Positions 63,950 to 64,000 of a DNA stretch of 64,000 nt are shown in pieces. Position 1 is the stretch's first letter, and every line of letters begins with the position of its first letter. Below the pieces are notes generated by a model. It made no database searches. It was not told the DNA's origin and saw only the letters and a program-made list of their open reading frames with translations. The DNA is from Hormiphora californensis (taxonomy: Eukaryota > Animalia > Ctenophora), in NCBI GenBank assembly GCA_020137815.1, contig CM035360.1, positions 1,240,001 through 1,304,000 on the forward strand, written 5' to 3'. A program made the translations under genes and the position numbers.

Positions 63950-64000
63950 GAGAAAATTACTCTGGACAGTGTGTAGTATCATTGATAGCTTACTAAAAAC

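Overview
Eukaryotic (animal) genomic DNA with short GT-AG introns, long (GA)n microsatellites and many non-autonomous transposons. The small hAT MITE at 17303-17411 (reads QEPTE..QPIRARYLGHVTGYQPIRD.YFLIRSVP on the minus strand) and the 18283 MITE resemble repeats I recall from the ctenophore Pleurobrachia; this taxon call is inference, not a search result. Genes assembled by hand: a rhodopsin-type GPCR (minus, 822-4328), E2F (about 12217-17170), a cytosolic-type aspartate aminotransferase (25759-29612), a DCDC2-like doublecortin gene (31160-40789) carrying a nested antisense gene for a secreted Lys/Ala-rich protein, an orphan secreted protein (42993-45867), a second GPCR (minus, 46690-49091) and a large secreted Trp/Asp/Glu-rich protein (60691-63949). 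The block at about 19350-23280 is homopolymer-inflated low-quality sequence. The most striking pattern is that three introns in two unrelated genes end in tandem arrays whose unit is the complete 3' splice junction (branch point, pyrimidine tract, AG, first exon bases), with only the last copy joined to the real exon. A second candidate is a roughly 400-nt structured unit with TATA, Inr and E-boxes, nested antisense in an E2F intron and preserved almost unchanged in a duplicated block whose E2F exon copy has diverged.
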